Below are positions 25,255 through 38,468 of a DNA stretch of 64,000 bases, in pieces. Position 1 is the stretch's first letter, and the number at the start of each line of letters is the position of its first letter. A program made the translations under genes and the position numbers. The stretch lies in assembly GCA_046563655.1 (NCBI GenBank), contig CM102284.1, forward strand, positions 5,146,001 through 5,210,000, in the 5' to 3' direction. The notes below the pieces were generated by a model. It did no database searches. It saw only the letters and a list, made by a program, of their open reading frames with translations, and was not told the origin of the DNA. The stretch is from Yuukianura sp. NJ FZ-2021. Taxonomy: Eukaryota.

Positions 25255-28200
25255 TCAGTTAATAATCGGATGAGACTTTTCGACAGCATGGATCCCTTCG
25301 TTCCTTAATCTACTGAGCATAGGCCTGTAAATGTCTGGCTTCATCGGGAACACCATCCCTTTAGACTGAATTTCTCCTAAAAAAACGAAATGAACCGATA
25401 AAATATTGAAACTTTCAATTCGATTTGCAATTTCCAGAGTTTCAAATGTACCGTCCAGAATCATCTTGGTGGCAATTGCTGCTGGATAGCCAACAGTCTT
25501 GGACATGGCAGAGTATCCTCCTTCATGTCCATCTCCATAGGTGACCAAATTGATTCCACGGAATTCCTTCTTTCCATCGGGCCATCGAGCGATCACTTCA
25601 TGCCTCAAAACTACCAAGTCACGTTCTTCTTTTTCTGTAGAGAAAAGAGAAATGCAATCAAAAAATGGCCATTGAATGTCAAAAAATGCGAACAAGTTCG
25701 AAAAAATGTTCGGACTACTGTGCACTACTATGTACTTGGTATTCAGTAGGTTATGTCAAGTCAATCAATATTTAATGGCTTACCAAAAGCTAACTTCTTG
25801 GACAGGAAGTGCGACAGCGTATCCAGCGGTGTGTCTAACTTGCAAACTGGCAGGTCTTCTAGAAGTCCAAGCCCTTCAATTGCATCTAATTGATCTGTAT
25901 CTCCATCGAGATGTTTCAGAATCAAGTTCTTCAGATTGTCATAAAAGATGTTTGTATCTGCTTGGCCAAGCATGTGACATGTCAATTGACGCTGCAAAAA
26001 ACACAATCTTTAGAGTTTAGAATTGTCAATCTAATTTTCTACTTCCAGAATGTGACAGTTCCCTTACCCAAGTCATGTCTGGTCCCTTAGGATGCAGGCA
26101 GGGATGTGGATTGGGATCAATAAGATGAAGCTTATGAAGAGCCTTCATGGCTGTTGTAAATCCTTCAAAGCGAAGCGTCCCTCTAAGAATTGTGTGAACT
26201 TCAGGGATTCCATACATCTTCTTGTACATTACACTGTCGCGATTTGGAAATCCTTCGAGTCTGAATCCCGGAAGGAAGGATTTGGGTTGCACTGCATCCA
26301 GTAAGTATCCAGGATCAATTTCTATGATCTATCAAAAGAACAAGGACATTTTTTGAAACGAAACGGTAGTGTAGTTAGTGCAGTGTAGGCGTTTCCACTT
26401 TAAAAGAGAAAGTCCTTTACCTCGTTGTTCTTCAAGTACTTGGCTCCACTTAGAGTGTTGAGTAGGACGCCACGAGGAGACCATGAAAACTTGTACCGAA
26501 GTGGATTGTCCGAACACTTGAAAAATTCAAACACTTCAAATTAAGTTTGTGCCAAGCAAAAGTTTTAGTTTACCGGTTTGGTTCAATTCCGAACTCAAAC
26601 CGGTACTTGTACTGATAGTTTCACGAACCTCTGGAGCTGGAAGACCACCGCAAAACGACACAAAGCTTTCCACTTTTCCACCATGCGAACGAATTTCATC
26701 AAAACATTCCATGGCCAGAAGATGATCAATTCCTGGAAAAAATGGGTGAAAGTTAAACTTTTACTGCGCAACTCATTTCAGAATTTTCTCCAATGGAGTG
26801 ACAAGCACTTTGCAAACTTTACCTGGATCCAATCCCACTTCATTTACAATTGTCACTCCAGCCTCTTCTGCTGCCTTGTGGAGTTTCATCATTTCTGGAG
26901 TACAGTAGCTGGCAGTCACCATGTTCACTTGACGCTGAATACATTCTTGAGCAATCTAGAAAATCAGTCAAGCATAAGTGACCTTTAGTGTCGATGTGGT
27001 CAGAGATTGACCTTTCGGAAAGGTCAGGGAACGAATGAGGTCAAACCTTGGGATGAAGTGAGTATGGTAACAGAGAAACCACAACATCAGACGTTCGAAT
27101 CAAGTTTGTCAGAATGTCAGGTCTTCCAACCACATCCAGCAGTACGGGCTCCACTCCTTCAAACTTCTTGGCCAAAGCGTCAGCTTCATCCTTGAGTGCT
27201 GATGCTGCGGGTTGTTACAAGGACAAAAGTTCATTCATTTTGAACAACTTGAACAAAAGTGTTTTTAGAAAAAGCTTGTTCTAAAAAGCGCGTCTTACCA
27301 ACAGTAACGGTGACATTGGACTCACGGTTGAGATACTCCACCAAAGGAGCACTCACGTATCCTGCACCCAAAACTAAAACATTCTTGCAAACCACGTCGT
27401 TTCCAGTGGCAGCCTTATGACGAGATCTGTCCAAAAAATGATAGCAAAAGTTACTATTAAAATGGTTGCTTAACTTCAAAATTTTGAAATTCTGAAAATG
27501 AATTTCAATTACTTGTTTGTATTTCGAAGTTCCTTGATGTACTCAAAATCTGGGGTCAAATTTCCATTACTTGTTATGAAAGCCTGTTAAAAAAATGAGC
27601 AAAAATTGCTTGAAAATTTCAACTACACAGTTCAGGTTCTACTTTATGATGATGGTTGGGTTTGAAATTTTTTTGTACAAGAAAAAAAAATTATTTTTTT
27701 CAAAGTTTCAAAATTAAAAGTCGAAAAATTCATTACGCCCTTAATTGCTGGTGGGAAATCGTGGTCTTCAAAAGGTTTTGAAGCGTCGGATTGCAAAATG
27801 TCTGGAACGTATGGTAGAAGCAACTCTCCGAAAAAGTCTGTAGCCTCTCTGGGTAGCTGCGTCGGCATGTTGTCAATTGAGCACACAAGTACCCCCGGGC
27901 CCTTAAAACTACTGCGCTCCTTATTCTGCTCAGCATCATACAAACAGAATGGATGATCAATCGTTGTACATTCATTCATGAATTCAATTGATCCTCCTGG
28001 ATCAGCCGAAATGTCACAAATGGCTAAGAGGCGATGTGGCAGCGGTGGTGAGCCGACAGTAGCTTGGAGCCAAGGTGTTGATGCTGGCTGAAGCAAGTAC
28101 TTGGCATCAGGAATTGTCAGTAGTTTGGGAGAATTGACTGCCCAATAGATTCCGTTGATGAGCACAGAGGCGAAGGGAGCAATTTTCTTGCTAAAAGTTG

Positions 28201-29425
28201 ACAAATAGTCGGAAGGATTCTGTTCATAGTCGGCAGCATTGTACTTTCCAGTGTCTTTGTGAATGAGATGGTCGTGTCGAGAGACTTCACAGGCATAAAC
28301 TTTGTTCATCGCTATAAACAGACAGTATCACTCAAGTTTTCGAAGTTTGGCGGTATTTAGTAATGCGTAGGATTCCTACCTCCATGTTCTGCAACTTTGT
28401 GCAGCATGTCCGGTGAAACGTACTCAAACGGCAGTTCTTGGAAGACTTCCTGCGCTCCCTGACTCACATTTCCCGAGCCAGTGAACACAAAGGTCAAAGG
28501 TCCAATTGACTTCGGCATCATTCCTAAGGCAATTTCGTATCCAGCGTCTCTGATTGCCTGTCGAGCCATTCCAGAACTTCGGTAGTTGTGCGCAGGTCCA
28601 ATGTGCTGAAATATTTAAATCGTTTTTCAACTTTTCAGCGATTCAGCGATTTTAAACGGCTTCGCAGTGGGTACCATGAATGGTGTATGGTGTCCAAGTG
28701 CCAGTAGTCGAAGACCCAAACCGTGGAGAATGTTGACCATTCCAGCGACGCCAGCGTACTTTCCAAAAGCAACGAGTCGTTGTCCGTTGTCATCACACAT
28801 TCGCTCATAATCGAAAAGCCGAATGTTCTTGAACACAAATGTAAAAATTCAATAACAATGAGAAATTTTGAAAAAACAAAATTCAAATTCTGCTGGAAAT
28901 TCCAACCTTTTCCAGAATTGCGTCCAGAAGAGGCATGTTCGCTTCCTGGGCTTTGATTGTATGCGAGAAAAAGCAGTACGTTTTTCCATTAATCAGGGAA
29001 TCAATTTCAACCTGTTTCACACCCATGATCACATCGGCGTCAGAAATGTCTTCGACGATTGTTGCTCCTGCGCTTGCGTACGACTGCATTGGATATGCTC
29101 GTCGATTCGACGGTTGAACCAAAACGCGACATCCTGCACGGACCAATTGCTTGACATTGTGTGGTGCCAAAGGCGCTCGCCTTTCCCATACTGACTGCTC
29201 CTCTCTCCGAATTGCCAAAGTCCTTCCACGAATGTCCTTGGAAAACTAAAAACCAAAACCAAATTTTCAAAAACTTGTAAACTTTTAAAAAAATTTGTGA
29301 CGCAAGCTCACCCTAACGTATGACCTTGAACTTTTGAGTTGAGGCGTGAAGCTCTTTGGTTTCAGGAAACCAACAACTCCAGGATGGAACAATCCATGCC
29401 TATGCAGTCCACTGACACGGATCAT
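25255..29425 (-). CDS. AASS: Alpha-aminoadipic semialdehyde synthase (bifunctional lysine-ketoglutarate reductase/saccharopine dehydrogenase), mitochondrial
   Basis: Multi-exon gene. First exon 29425-29312 ([16 protein letters not shown]..., basic and transit-peptide-like). Later motifs: [126 protein letters not shown]. Stop at 25255-25257. Confidence 0.97.
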
Positions 29426-30785
29426 CCGGAAGTCTTTTTAGAACAAAAATTAAAAATGAACTTTTTAAAACAAAAAGGTTGTCACTATACTGTTTGAGCC
29501 GGCCTGGAGAACAAGGAATCGGCAGGAATAGAGATCAAGACAAATGAGATCACCCTATGGCCTTCGTAATGTGAAAGCCAAAAGGAGAAGATGATTTCTT
29601 TATGGAAATTTAATAAGTTACTTAATCCTTATCTCCACCTTCTAAATGTCTTCTGAATTCTAAAATGAAATGTAACTCCTAATACTTCGTCTAACAAAGT
29701 TCTTCTAAAGACCTTCCCACTTAAATGATCCTCCGTCACAGATTAGACAAACTTCAAAAGTAAAAAATCAGCAGCCAAGTACTAGTTTATCATCAGCACC
29801 CACATGGTGAAAAGGCACGCCTATCACAAATCCACTTCAAATTCCAATTCAAATTGCTCTCTCAAAAATTACTAAAAGTACAAACTTGACCTTCAAAATT
29901 TCAATTGGCTTTCCCCATTTCCAAAGACTTACCGAACCACTTGTTGCGCTACGTACTGCTCCAATTATTTTCCGCTAAAAACTACTGTTATTGAGCTAGT
30001 AGGTGAATAAAGATCAGCAAAATCAAAATCCGTTTCACTTTCAAGTGGTTTTTGGTTAGTTTAGGTCATGATGATCTGTTCGTGACACGAGTGTTGATTT
30101 TGGCACAGAATGTGCAATTTGCTAAGTTTTGCGAAAATCGACAACCTATTTTTCCGCCTTCCTTAACCGAAATTTTGTTGATGGCGGTTTTTACAACGCT
30201 ATAACTAATACGAAACAGAGTTTGCAATATCCAAAAGTTATCAATCAACTCTCCGTAGGTCTGAAATTGTAAACCACAAAGTGACTTGTTTACGCTTCGT
30301 ATCAATCTTAAATCCCGTCGCTTGTGGCTTGACAATCAGAGTGCTCGAATGTCTATAATGTCTACTACGCAATTCCCCGGGTTCCTAATGCTAAATTTTG
30401 CGAAAATTTTAAAACAATAATAAAAGAATCATGAAAAAACAAAAGCGAAGGCGTCCAGCTTAGATAAATTCATCCACTTGCCTACTTGAGTGTCTAAGTT
30501 AGTGTTAAATTGACTCAAACTCAAAATTTGAATTAGTTTAGGAAAATTTCCAAAACCAATTTAACTTTTTAGTACAATTATCATTTGGAAAGTACTAAAA
30601 ACGAACAAAGCTTCCGACTATGGTCGAATTCAGTTGTGCCTTTCTCCGCTTTCACTCGGCTTGCGATTCATGCGCTTTCACGTTACCAAGTATTGATGTA
30701 GGTGGAATAAATTGAAAATAAGTTCTTTCCAAGAACTCACCTGAGAAACGTAATTTTTCGGGAATAAAAATTTGAAAAATTACGA

Positions 30786-31469
30786 ATGGATTCGACCAAT
30801 TTTAACATTGTAGTTTTCGAATTTTTGACAGTTACGTTACTCGTAATGCTAACAATATCCAGGGTAAACGCAGAACAGGAAACTACTGCACAGCTACTGT
30901 TAGGCTCCGAATCAGTTCCAACGTTGCCTCCTGTGACCTCTGGGTCACCACCCACAGAACAGGATGATGAGACGTTCTTTTCCTTTCCAGAGTTCGACTA
31001 TGTTGAGTCATCTAAAAACGTAAGAATGATTATTATTCCTTCTGTTAACGATGTATTCAAATTCACTAAATTGCTAAACACTCAACCTGTAATTATTGTT
31101 TGTTAGGAAATAGCTTTCAAGGAATGGGAAGCGGCTTGTACCCAAACTCCGGCATGTCTAGGTCACCAACCGCTTCAGAAACTACGATGCATCCGAAGAT
31201 GCATTTCACCGTCCTGCTACCACGAAATTTATGCTTTTGATGAGGTCAGTTGCATTAGGCACGAATTGAAATTACATAAGTTTTAATTTTATTTCATCAA
31301 AATTGCCACAAAACTTACTAGAAATTGATACTGGATACTACGCTGGAAGAACAAAACTATTTTTTTAACCAACTTTCTCATTTTTTAGCTAGAAGATGGC
31401 GAAATTGACATAAGATTTCAATCGTTCAAGGGATGCTTTGTCCAACGTTTACACAAGAGACGACTCTAA
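30786..31469 (+). CDS. Small secreted Cys-rich protein, DUF4787-like
   Basis: Exons 30786-31019, 31107-31244 and 31389-31469. Hydrophobic N-terminus, then EWEAACTQTPACLGHQPLQKLRCIRRCISPSCYHEIYAFDELEDGEIDIRFQSFKGCF. The RCISPSCY...EGEID..SFKGC pattern is recognised from memory as DUF4787. Confidence 0.8.
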
Positions 31470-31797
31470 GAACATTGCTAAAAACTAAACTAGTAAATTA
31501 TAAAACAAATAATAACTTTTAGTCATAAATAATTTTTAAAAATTTGGAAAGTAGAACAATTAAAAAGAACTGCTCACAAAATCAACGTGCCTAATTTAAT
31601 TATGACGCAAACGTGACGCTCCCCGCCAATAAGCGTCAATCTCTGCAATAAAATCACATATAACAATACATCTCGAAATTAGTTAATTGTCCTTGTAAAA
31701 TTTCAATGTCAAGCGTGCCTAAATTTGACACAAAAATTTCAATCTTAAAACCATATTCGTTTCTACATTTTCCATTTCCTGTACATCGCTTTCTAAA

Positions 31798-32244
31798 ATG
31801 TGGAATAATCTGATCAAAGCTTTTTCGCTGGCGCTAATTGTCTTGCTGTTCCAATCCGAATTCGGTAAGTCCGCATACTTAGAAAAAAATTTCGAAATTT
31901 GAACTGAAAATTCAAAACTAATTTTAGCTAGCGGATACCCAAGTGGATTTGGTTCCAAGAAGAAGTCCACCACACCCAAACCAGTTTACAAATGGCGACC
32001 AAAGGAAGACACTCGTAAAGAACTGGCCAAGCAAAAAGACATTCCCGTTGACAAAATTCCAGAAAAAGATCCAGAATTTGAATTCCTGTGGCCAGATGAC
32101 TACTATGATGACTACGATTTTGAGCATCAGCGAAACATGATTCAGCATGGAACTTGGGAAGCCAAGAGACTCAAGTACCATGAAGCTCAGCTTCAAGCAG
32201 CTCGGGATGAAGCAAAGAAACAAAAAGAAGGTGCACTTGCCTAA
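31798..32244 (+). CDS. Uncharacterised 127-aa predicted secreted protein (two exons, absent from the ORF track)
   Basis: ATG at 31798. Exon 1 31798-31864 (G|GTAAGT), intron 31865-31927 (ATTTTAG), exon 2 31928-32244. The frame is open for 384 nt: MWNNLIKAFSLALIVLLFQSEFASGYPSGFGSKKK...PEFEFLWPDDYYDDYDFEHQ...KEGALA*. AATAAA at 32275-32280. Confidence 0.72.
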
Positions 32245-32977
32245 AAAATTGCAACAAATTTTAAAACTTTCTGCAATAAACGAATTTTTTCAACTCGCTA
32301 TAAGAATTCATGTTAAACTGAATGTTATTTCAATGACAAAAGCGAAATCCCATCCATAAGTCTTCTTCCTCAACTCTAAATTCCACTCTGGATACACAGA
32401 ACATCAAACTTAATTAAATTGTATACCGGACTACATTAATCTGAAACTTTACAAATTTTCAGAAAACCAATTTCAAAATCTATTTCCAAATTTCGAACAT
32501 TTTGAAATGTAATATCCACTATTTAACTACACTCGACTGTAGTAAGGTACGAATTAAAAGAACTAAAATCGTTCAAATTGTAAGGTTTTTGCAATTACTT
32601 CGTTTTCTTTGAAAGACAAATTCTAAAAGAGAAAACAGGTTCGTCGATTCACAGTTCAAAATTTCGATAAATGCCTTTCGATTTTAAGTAAAATTCCAAT
32701 TTGCAAAATACATTTTGAGTATGATTAAAATAGTTTACGAATTAATTTCGTGATTAACCACCTAAATTTCTTGGTTAAAATTACCACGTCAGAGTCAAAG
32801 TCAATTAACTTTCGGCAGGAATTTTTACAGCTAAACAACAATGGACGTCAATGAGAACGAAGTTAATTTAGAAGTTACGTAAACGGGGTTTTTGGAAGAA
32901 GAGAAGTGTGCTGATCTACTAATGTCATGTTCTGTACCCCTCTTCATCTTCGGGTCATCCAAATCTTCAATTGCTTC

Positions 32978-35900
32978 TTACTTCTTCTTGCCTTTGCGCT
33001 TTCGTCCTGGAGCAGCAGCCGAGTTCATTCCGTTGTTCATTCCAGCACTGGAACCTTTAGAACAGCCTTTTGTTGCATTAGAGAAACTGTTAGTTGCATT
33101 GCCTGTTCGATACAAATTGCTGAACAAAGAGTCCCAGTCTTCCATTTCTGGATCCAGCAAATCATCTTCTGCTTGCGGAGGGGAATTAGCCGACGCACTT
33201 CCTCCAGAAGATGAACAAGTTCGTCCTCTTCCGCCGTTTTCTTGTCCACTTGACACGAGACGATAAATAACACTATGAGCATTTGGTTTCAAGTGTTTTA
33301 AACTGGAACGTTGACATCGGCCCCATTCGTTGATCTCCCACACTTGATTTCCCATACAAGCGTAGAACTGCCACGTAAAAGAAAACATTCCGATCTTTTC
33401 AGCCCATAACTCGCCCTGAGAGGAGAAATTATGTCTTATTACATAATATAATATCAAACAGTAAATTCGAATTGGAATTAATTGTGAATGTTGGGAGTAT
33501 GGAAGAACTCTGAACAAGAAATTTTCACAGTTATTTAGTACAACCGTTACTTTTGTCCAAGGCGAAACGGACACGCCATGAAGTAGATGTGCCAGTATTA
33601 GATTGGACTCATGGAAACGATTTAGAATTATTCAAAAAAAAACTTACTTCTCGTCCTGCATGATGAATCCGACATTGGTCACAGTAGCGGGCAGCAAATA
33701 TTGGACGATCAGTTTTATTCTTCTTATGGCGCCCTTTGCATTTCGTGCAGCTAGAAAGAAAGAAACAACAATTTACAACACAAATTCAAAATTCAATACT
33801 ACCTCAATTTTGTTTCTTACCGAATAGTACTGCAAACAGTCTCCATTTTCTTCCGTAACTCTTCAAACAATTCGCCAAATTCTCCAATAAACCTTTCCTT
33901 TGCGTGGGCTTCCAGTAGCTGCTGGTGATACATGAGACGATGTTCTGGCTCGCCAACCATCTCCTGTAAAATCATAAACAAAATCCAAAATCTTCATTAG
34001 TATCTTGAAAAGTCAAAAAAATCCAATTCCTGCAACTTACAAATGCTTTGGCGAGTATTTTAAATGCTTCCTCAGCTCCAGGCGTCAAATTTTTATCAGG
34101 GTGGACGAGAACTGCTTGCTTCTTATAGTAGCGTCGAATCGTTTCGTCTGAACTATTACTCTTCACTCCTAAAATGCTGTCCAAAACAACAAGCAAAATT
34201 CAATCTTCCAAAGCAACAACATCATTGTCAATTTCGACTAAATTGCAAAGCTTACCTATAAGGATCTTGACCTCTGACACTCAGTAATCTTCTCAGTGCT
34301 TCATCTCCAGTGCCAGGCAACACAATATTTCGTTCTGGTCCTAAAACAGATAAAAATTCGTCGTACGTTGAAGGCTGCTTCGGTGGAGGTACTTGTTCTT
34401 TTCGTCGTCGGAAATTCATCATCCTCTTCCAAGCAGAACAGGCTTTGTGTTTAGCCGTTTTTAATTTCTTTTGGAAGCTCGGCAGAGCTGTAGCTTTCCA
34501 CCGAATCAAGAGATCCTCCATTCTACAAAAAATCAAAACAGAAACAATTTTGATATAAGTTTGATCCATAGTTCCAATGGGATGAATCGTGGTTGTGTGT
34601 TTCCAGTTCCAATGTTCAACAAATGAATTTCAGTGAACATCACTACCGAAAAACAAATTGATTTTGTCCAATAGCGAAACTGTAAAACGGAATTATTACT
34701 CCAAATACAGCATTAGAATGGACTACAGCTATTCAGTTCAAAATATCATAAAAATACATAAAAATCTCATTAACTGTGCTAGGTTTATATAAAAAAATCC
34801 AAATGTACATGTCTAAGTCTAATCCTCGACCATGAATCGTAGTAGTTCTACAAATGAGAGCCTCATTTGCTACTAATGTTATTTTTAAAGCTAGGTTAGT
34901 TTACTGATTTAGGTTTAAAGCTAGCTTAGTACTAAATCAGAATTAAAATCTCTTGACGTTGCAGAGATCTAGGTCATCCTAAAATGTACAATGACCTCTC
35001 AGTTGCAACAGTTTACTAGTCATAAACTAACTTAAGACGATTAGAAACTTTAAATTGTGCAACTTACACTCTGTATCCCAAAGATGCTGACAGTACAGTA
35101 ACGTTCATAAGAAGCATCCACAGCCAAGTTAGAGCTTTCATCAAATGCAGAATCCATTGCTCAGAGTAAATGCGGAGTCTTCGGACGGCACAATTGGGTC
35201 CTAAAAAAGTAAAAACAAATTCAATCAATACAAAACCATAACTAATTATTATAGCTACTGTTGAATATGTAATAACTAAAACACAAAATCAGCTACTAAA
35301 ATGTTTGATTTTCGCAAATATTTAGCAGTGAGCAATGGTCTAACTCATAAAAGTATGGAAATGGTCATGGGCCTCGCTACTGTGTACTGTAGTGTAAGCT
35401 ATAAAATACATAGATTGATGTAACTTAAACGGCAATCTTTTTGTATACTTCCTGATAAGAAAGAACAAAACTGCGGAAGTACTTTTGAATTTGTTTATAA
35501 CTGTGAGAAAGATGCAAGAAATCATTAGTTTATACAAACAATTGCACAAATGAGGTCAGAGGTCAACAATGCCAAAATTGAATTTTAACAAAACGTTCTC
35601 ATCCCATTGCAGTTTTGTGCAGTTCTTTTATGACAACAAAGTAATGAACGGAAATTGTACAGAGTTCAGGAATTGGATTATGAATTGTCACACCAATTTA
35701 AATTTTCCGTTATGTTCACACACTTCAAAAGCTGTCATTGTCATTCACATCCCAATCCCACGCCATAAACACACAAACAGAAAGCGTTCATCTTAAAGCA
35801 ACTAAAAATGAATTTACCGTCTTTCCGTCCTCGGACTTTTTCGGGTTTATCTTTTGCGGCATTTCTTCTAGCAAACATATTGGCAGCAGAATTGTTAGCA

Positions 35901-37586
35901 GAAGTTGGCTTGTTTTCGCTTCCACTTGACCTTCTATCCATGCCAGTTGCATTGTTATGACTTCCAGTCTCGGAACTCACAGATCCATTCGTGCTAAACC
36001 TTCTTTTCACTTTCTTCCTGTTGTTAGATCCAGATCCGCCATTCTTGTCATCAGCGCCAGGCTGCTGTTTCTGACTCCCATCGAAATCGCCATCTCCATC
36101 GGCATCCAAATCTTCTACGTCAAATTCAAACTGCAAAGAGCCTTGAGCAGAACCATTCTTCAAAGCTGAATTGGATTTCTCGTTACTTCGAGCGCTGGCG
36201 GTGGCTTTTCCAGAAAGTTTAGTCATCCAAGAATTAGAAGATCCATTTACATGTCCTTTTTTAGATGCAGTATCTCCAGTATTACTAGAACTTGATTGGT
36301 GGACAGGCGTAACAGTCGGAGTATTTTTCCTCGTTGAAGATCTGGAGCTACCAGAGGCTGATGAAGTATTTCCGGAAGCATTCAAGTTCTCTTTTCCCTT
36401 CTGTTGTCCGCGAGGTTTTGTGATGGGACTGGAAGAAGCCGTTGACGGATTGGAACCTGGTGGAGATGAAGAAGCGAGAAGTGTAAATCCATCTAAGGAT
36501 TTACGCTGATGCTGATTTTGGTACTGGAGAGTGGACGCGGCAGATCCCTTTCCAGATTCAGTTGAATCTCCTGATTGGTTCATTGTGGGCGAAACGTTGC
36601 TCTTGGGGCAATTCTTCGTCAGCATTTCCAAATATGATGGCTTCTGCAGAAAACAAACAGAGTTATAAACTCAAACCATGACATTTCTTGTGATAATTTA
36701 AAAAAAAACGTTTGCTTACCGCCGGTGTTTCAATACGAGCTGGTTGGGGGATAATCTTTTCAGCAACTTTTGGTGGCTGATTCGATGAAACTGCTGGCGC
36801 TTGTTGTGAAACGTTTCGGCCTTTGTTTTCACCAAATGGAACAGTAGCTGTGGCCTGCGCAGTAGCCATTTGCTGTTGCTTTTGAAGTTGCTTCTGACGA
36901 ATTCTGCTTTCCATTTTTCGTTGGAATTCCCATTCTTGAGAAGAATTAAACGGATCACTGTTGATCATCAGCGGATCTGCTACGACGGGGGCAGTGGTTG
37001 GCAAGTTTGGACTTTGCCGGGATAAAATGTTTGCATTATCCGATTGCCCATGGCCAAATGGTAAGCCCTTTAGAAGTGGGTTGTTTGTAGGGCCAAAGTG
37101 ACTGTACGTTCCGTCCGAAGCTCCAATAGATCCCATAAGATTTTCAATAATGGGTTCAATAACCCCGGAACGCGTTCGTACTCTTTGACTTGATGCTGAT
37201 TCAGAGTTAAGTTCTAGATGATCCTGTTGGTTTTGGCAGTAGTTTCCGTAATTGTTATTCCCACTGTCAACAAACCCAGCTAGGTCGTGAGCTCCTTCTA
37301 GAGTATTCCCTCCGTAGTACGTGAAAGGCTCAGGTTGGGGTGCCTGGAAGAATTGATGGTGCAATGGATGCGCAGGGAAGAACACGTTGTTGTTACAAGG
37401 TTGAACAATCGGATATTGAAAAGAAGTTGTCCCAACTCCTGGTGATGGCGACGACGGTCCACTGCCTTGCTTGAAAGTACTGTATCCAATGTCACCTATT
37501 AATCCTGGTGGAGGTCGTCCGAAACCATTGTCAAACAGAAGCGCATGGTTCCCGTCGCTGGCTTGTTGCCCATTGTCGTTGTCCAT
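32978..37586 (-). CDS. DNAJC14: DnaJ homolog subfamily C member 14 (J domain plus Jiv domain)
   Basis: Long low-complexity N-terminal exons (37586-36720, ~36645-35818) and a TM-like exon 35200-35068 (WILHLMKALTWLWMLLMNV). J domain RRYYKKQAVLVHPDKNLTPGAEEAFKIL, Cys-rich Jiv region, GELWAEKIGMFSFTWQFYACMGNQVWEINEWGRCQ and a basic tail RKRKGKKK*. The start codon is inferred. Confidence 0.9.
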
Positions 37587-38468
37587 TCCTTCAAAATAGA
37601 TTCGTAATCTCGTATCGGTTTCAGCATTTGAGAACCCATGCAACCACCTAAAATAGTAAGAAAACATTGCACAACAGAACTTCTTAACTTTGGTGGTAGA
37701 TCATTTAAACTAGTTTTTCGTAGGTATATTTACTTCACCTTATCTAGGCAGCCCCAACAGCAGTTCAAGGTTGGTCAATACTCGGTAAGTCAAACTGTTT
37801 CATCCGCTTTCACGAACAATTGTGCTGCAAATAACAAACCTTATTGGATCTCTAACAAAAGAAGTGTACTAGCAATTCTTCTTTCTTGATCCGAATCCGA
37901 TTCTGATCTTCTCTGCTTCCACTTCCCTCTCAAAGGAACAAGGGGTGACTCGAGGGGTTCTGGCGATGAGGACACACGGACGAGCGAGGTACGGAAAGGA
38001 GGACCTTTAGCTTTTGTTGCCCTCCTCAGTTTGCAGATCTCACGGTATGAATTGAATCACAAGCAGCAGTAGGATGGAATGTATCACAACCGTAGGTGTC
38101 TAATGAAATGTGATTGATTGATCTTACACTTGCAATTAATTTGAAAATTTTAGTCGCAGATTCCAACTTTAAAATTAAAACCAGCAGATGAATTCGCAGC
38201 ACGTGAAATTGAATTTGAAAGTGTGAAAACTAAAAAACAGTTTTTTTTTCTTTGAAAACATTTTCTGAGCGCGGGAAGTTCAAATCAACTGACAGTCAAA
38301 CAGCTGCTTTGGATTTGGTGAGCGATCAGCTGAGCTGGATTTACGAATACGTTTTGGTGATTAATTAATTAACTCAATCAAGATTTAAGAGAATATTATC
38401 TTTGGTAATTACATAGATTATCAACTCAAACCCACTACGAGGCAGATTCTACATACGCTTTGCTCAGA

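Noticed and set aside
35742-35792. Extra hydrophobic DNAJC14 exon
   Set aside because: It would need a ~25-bp intron. The 35818 donor joins cleanly in phase to the exon starting at 35200.
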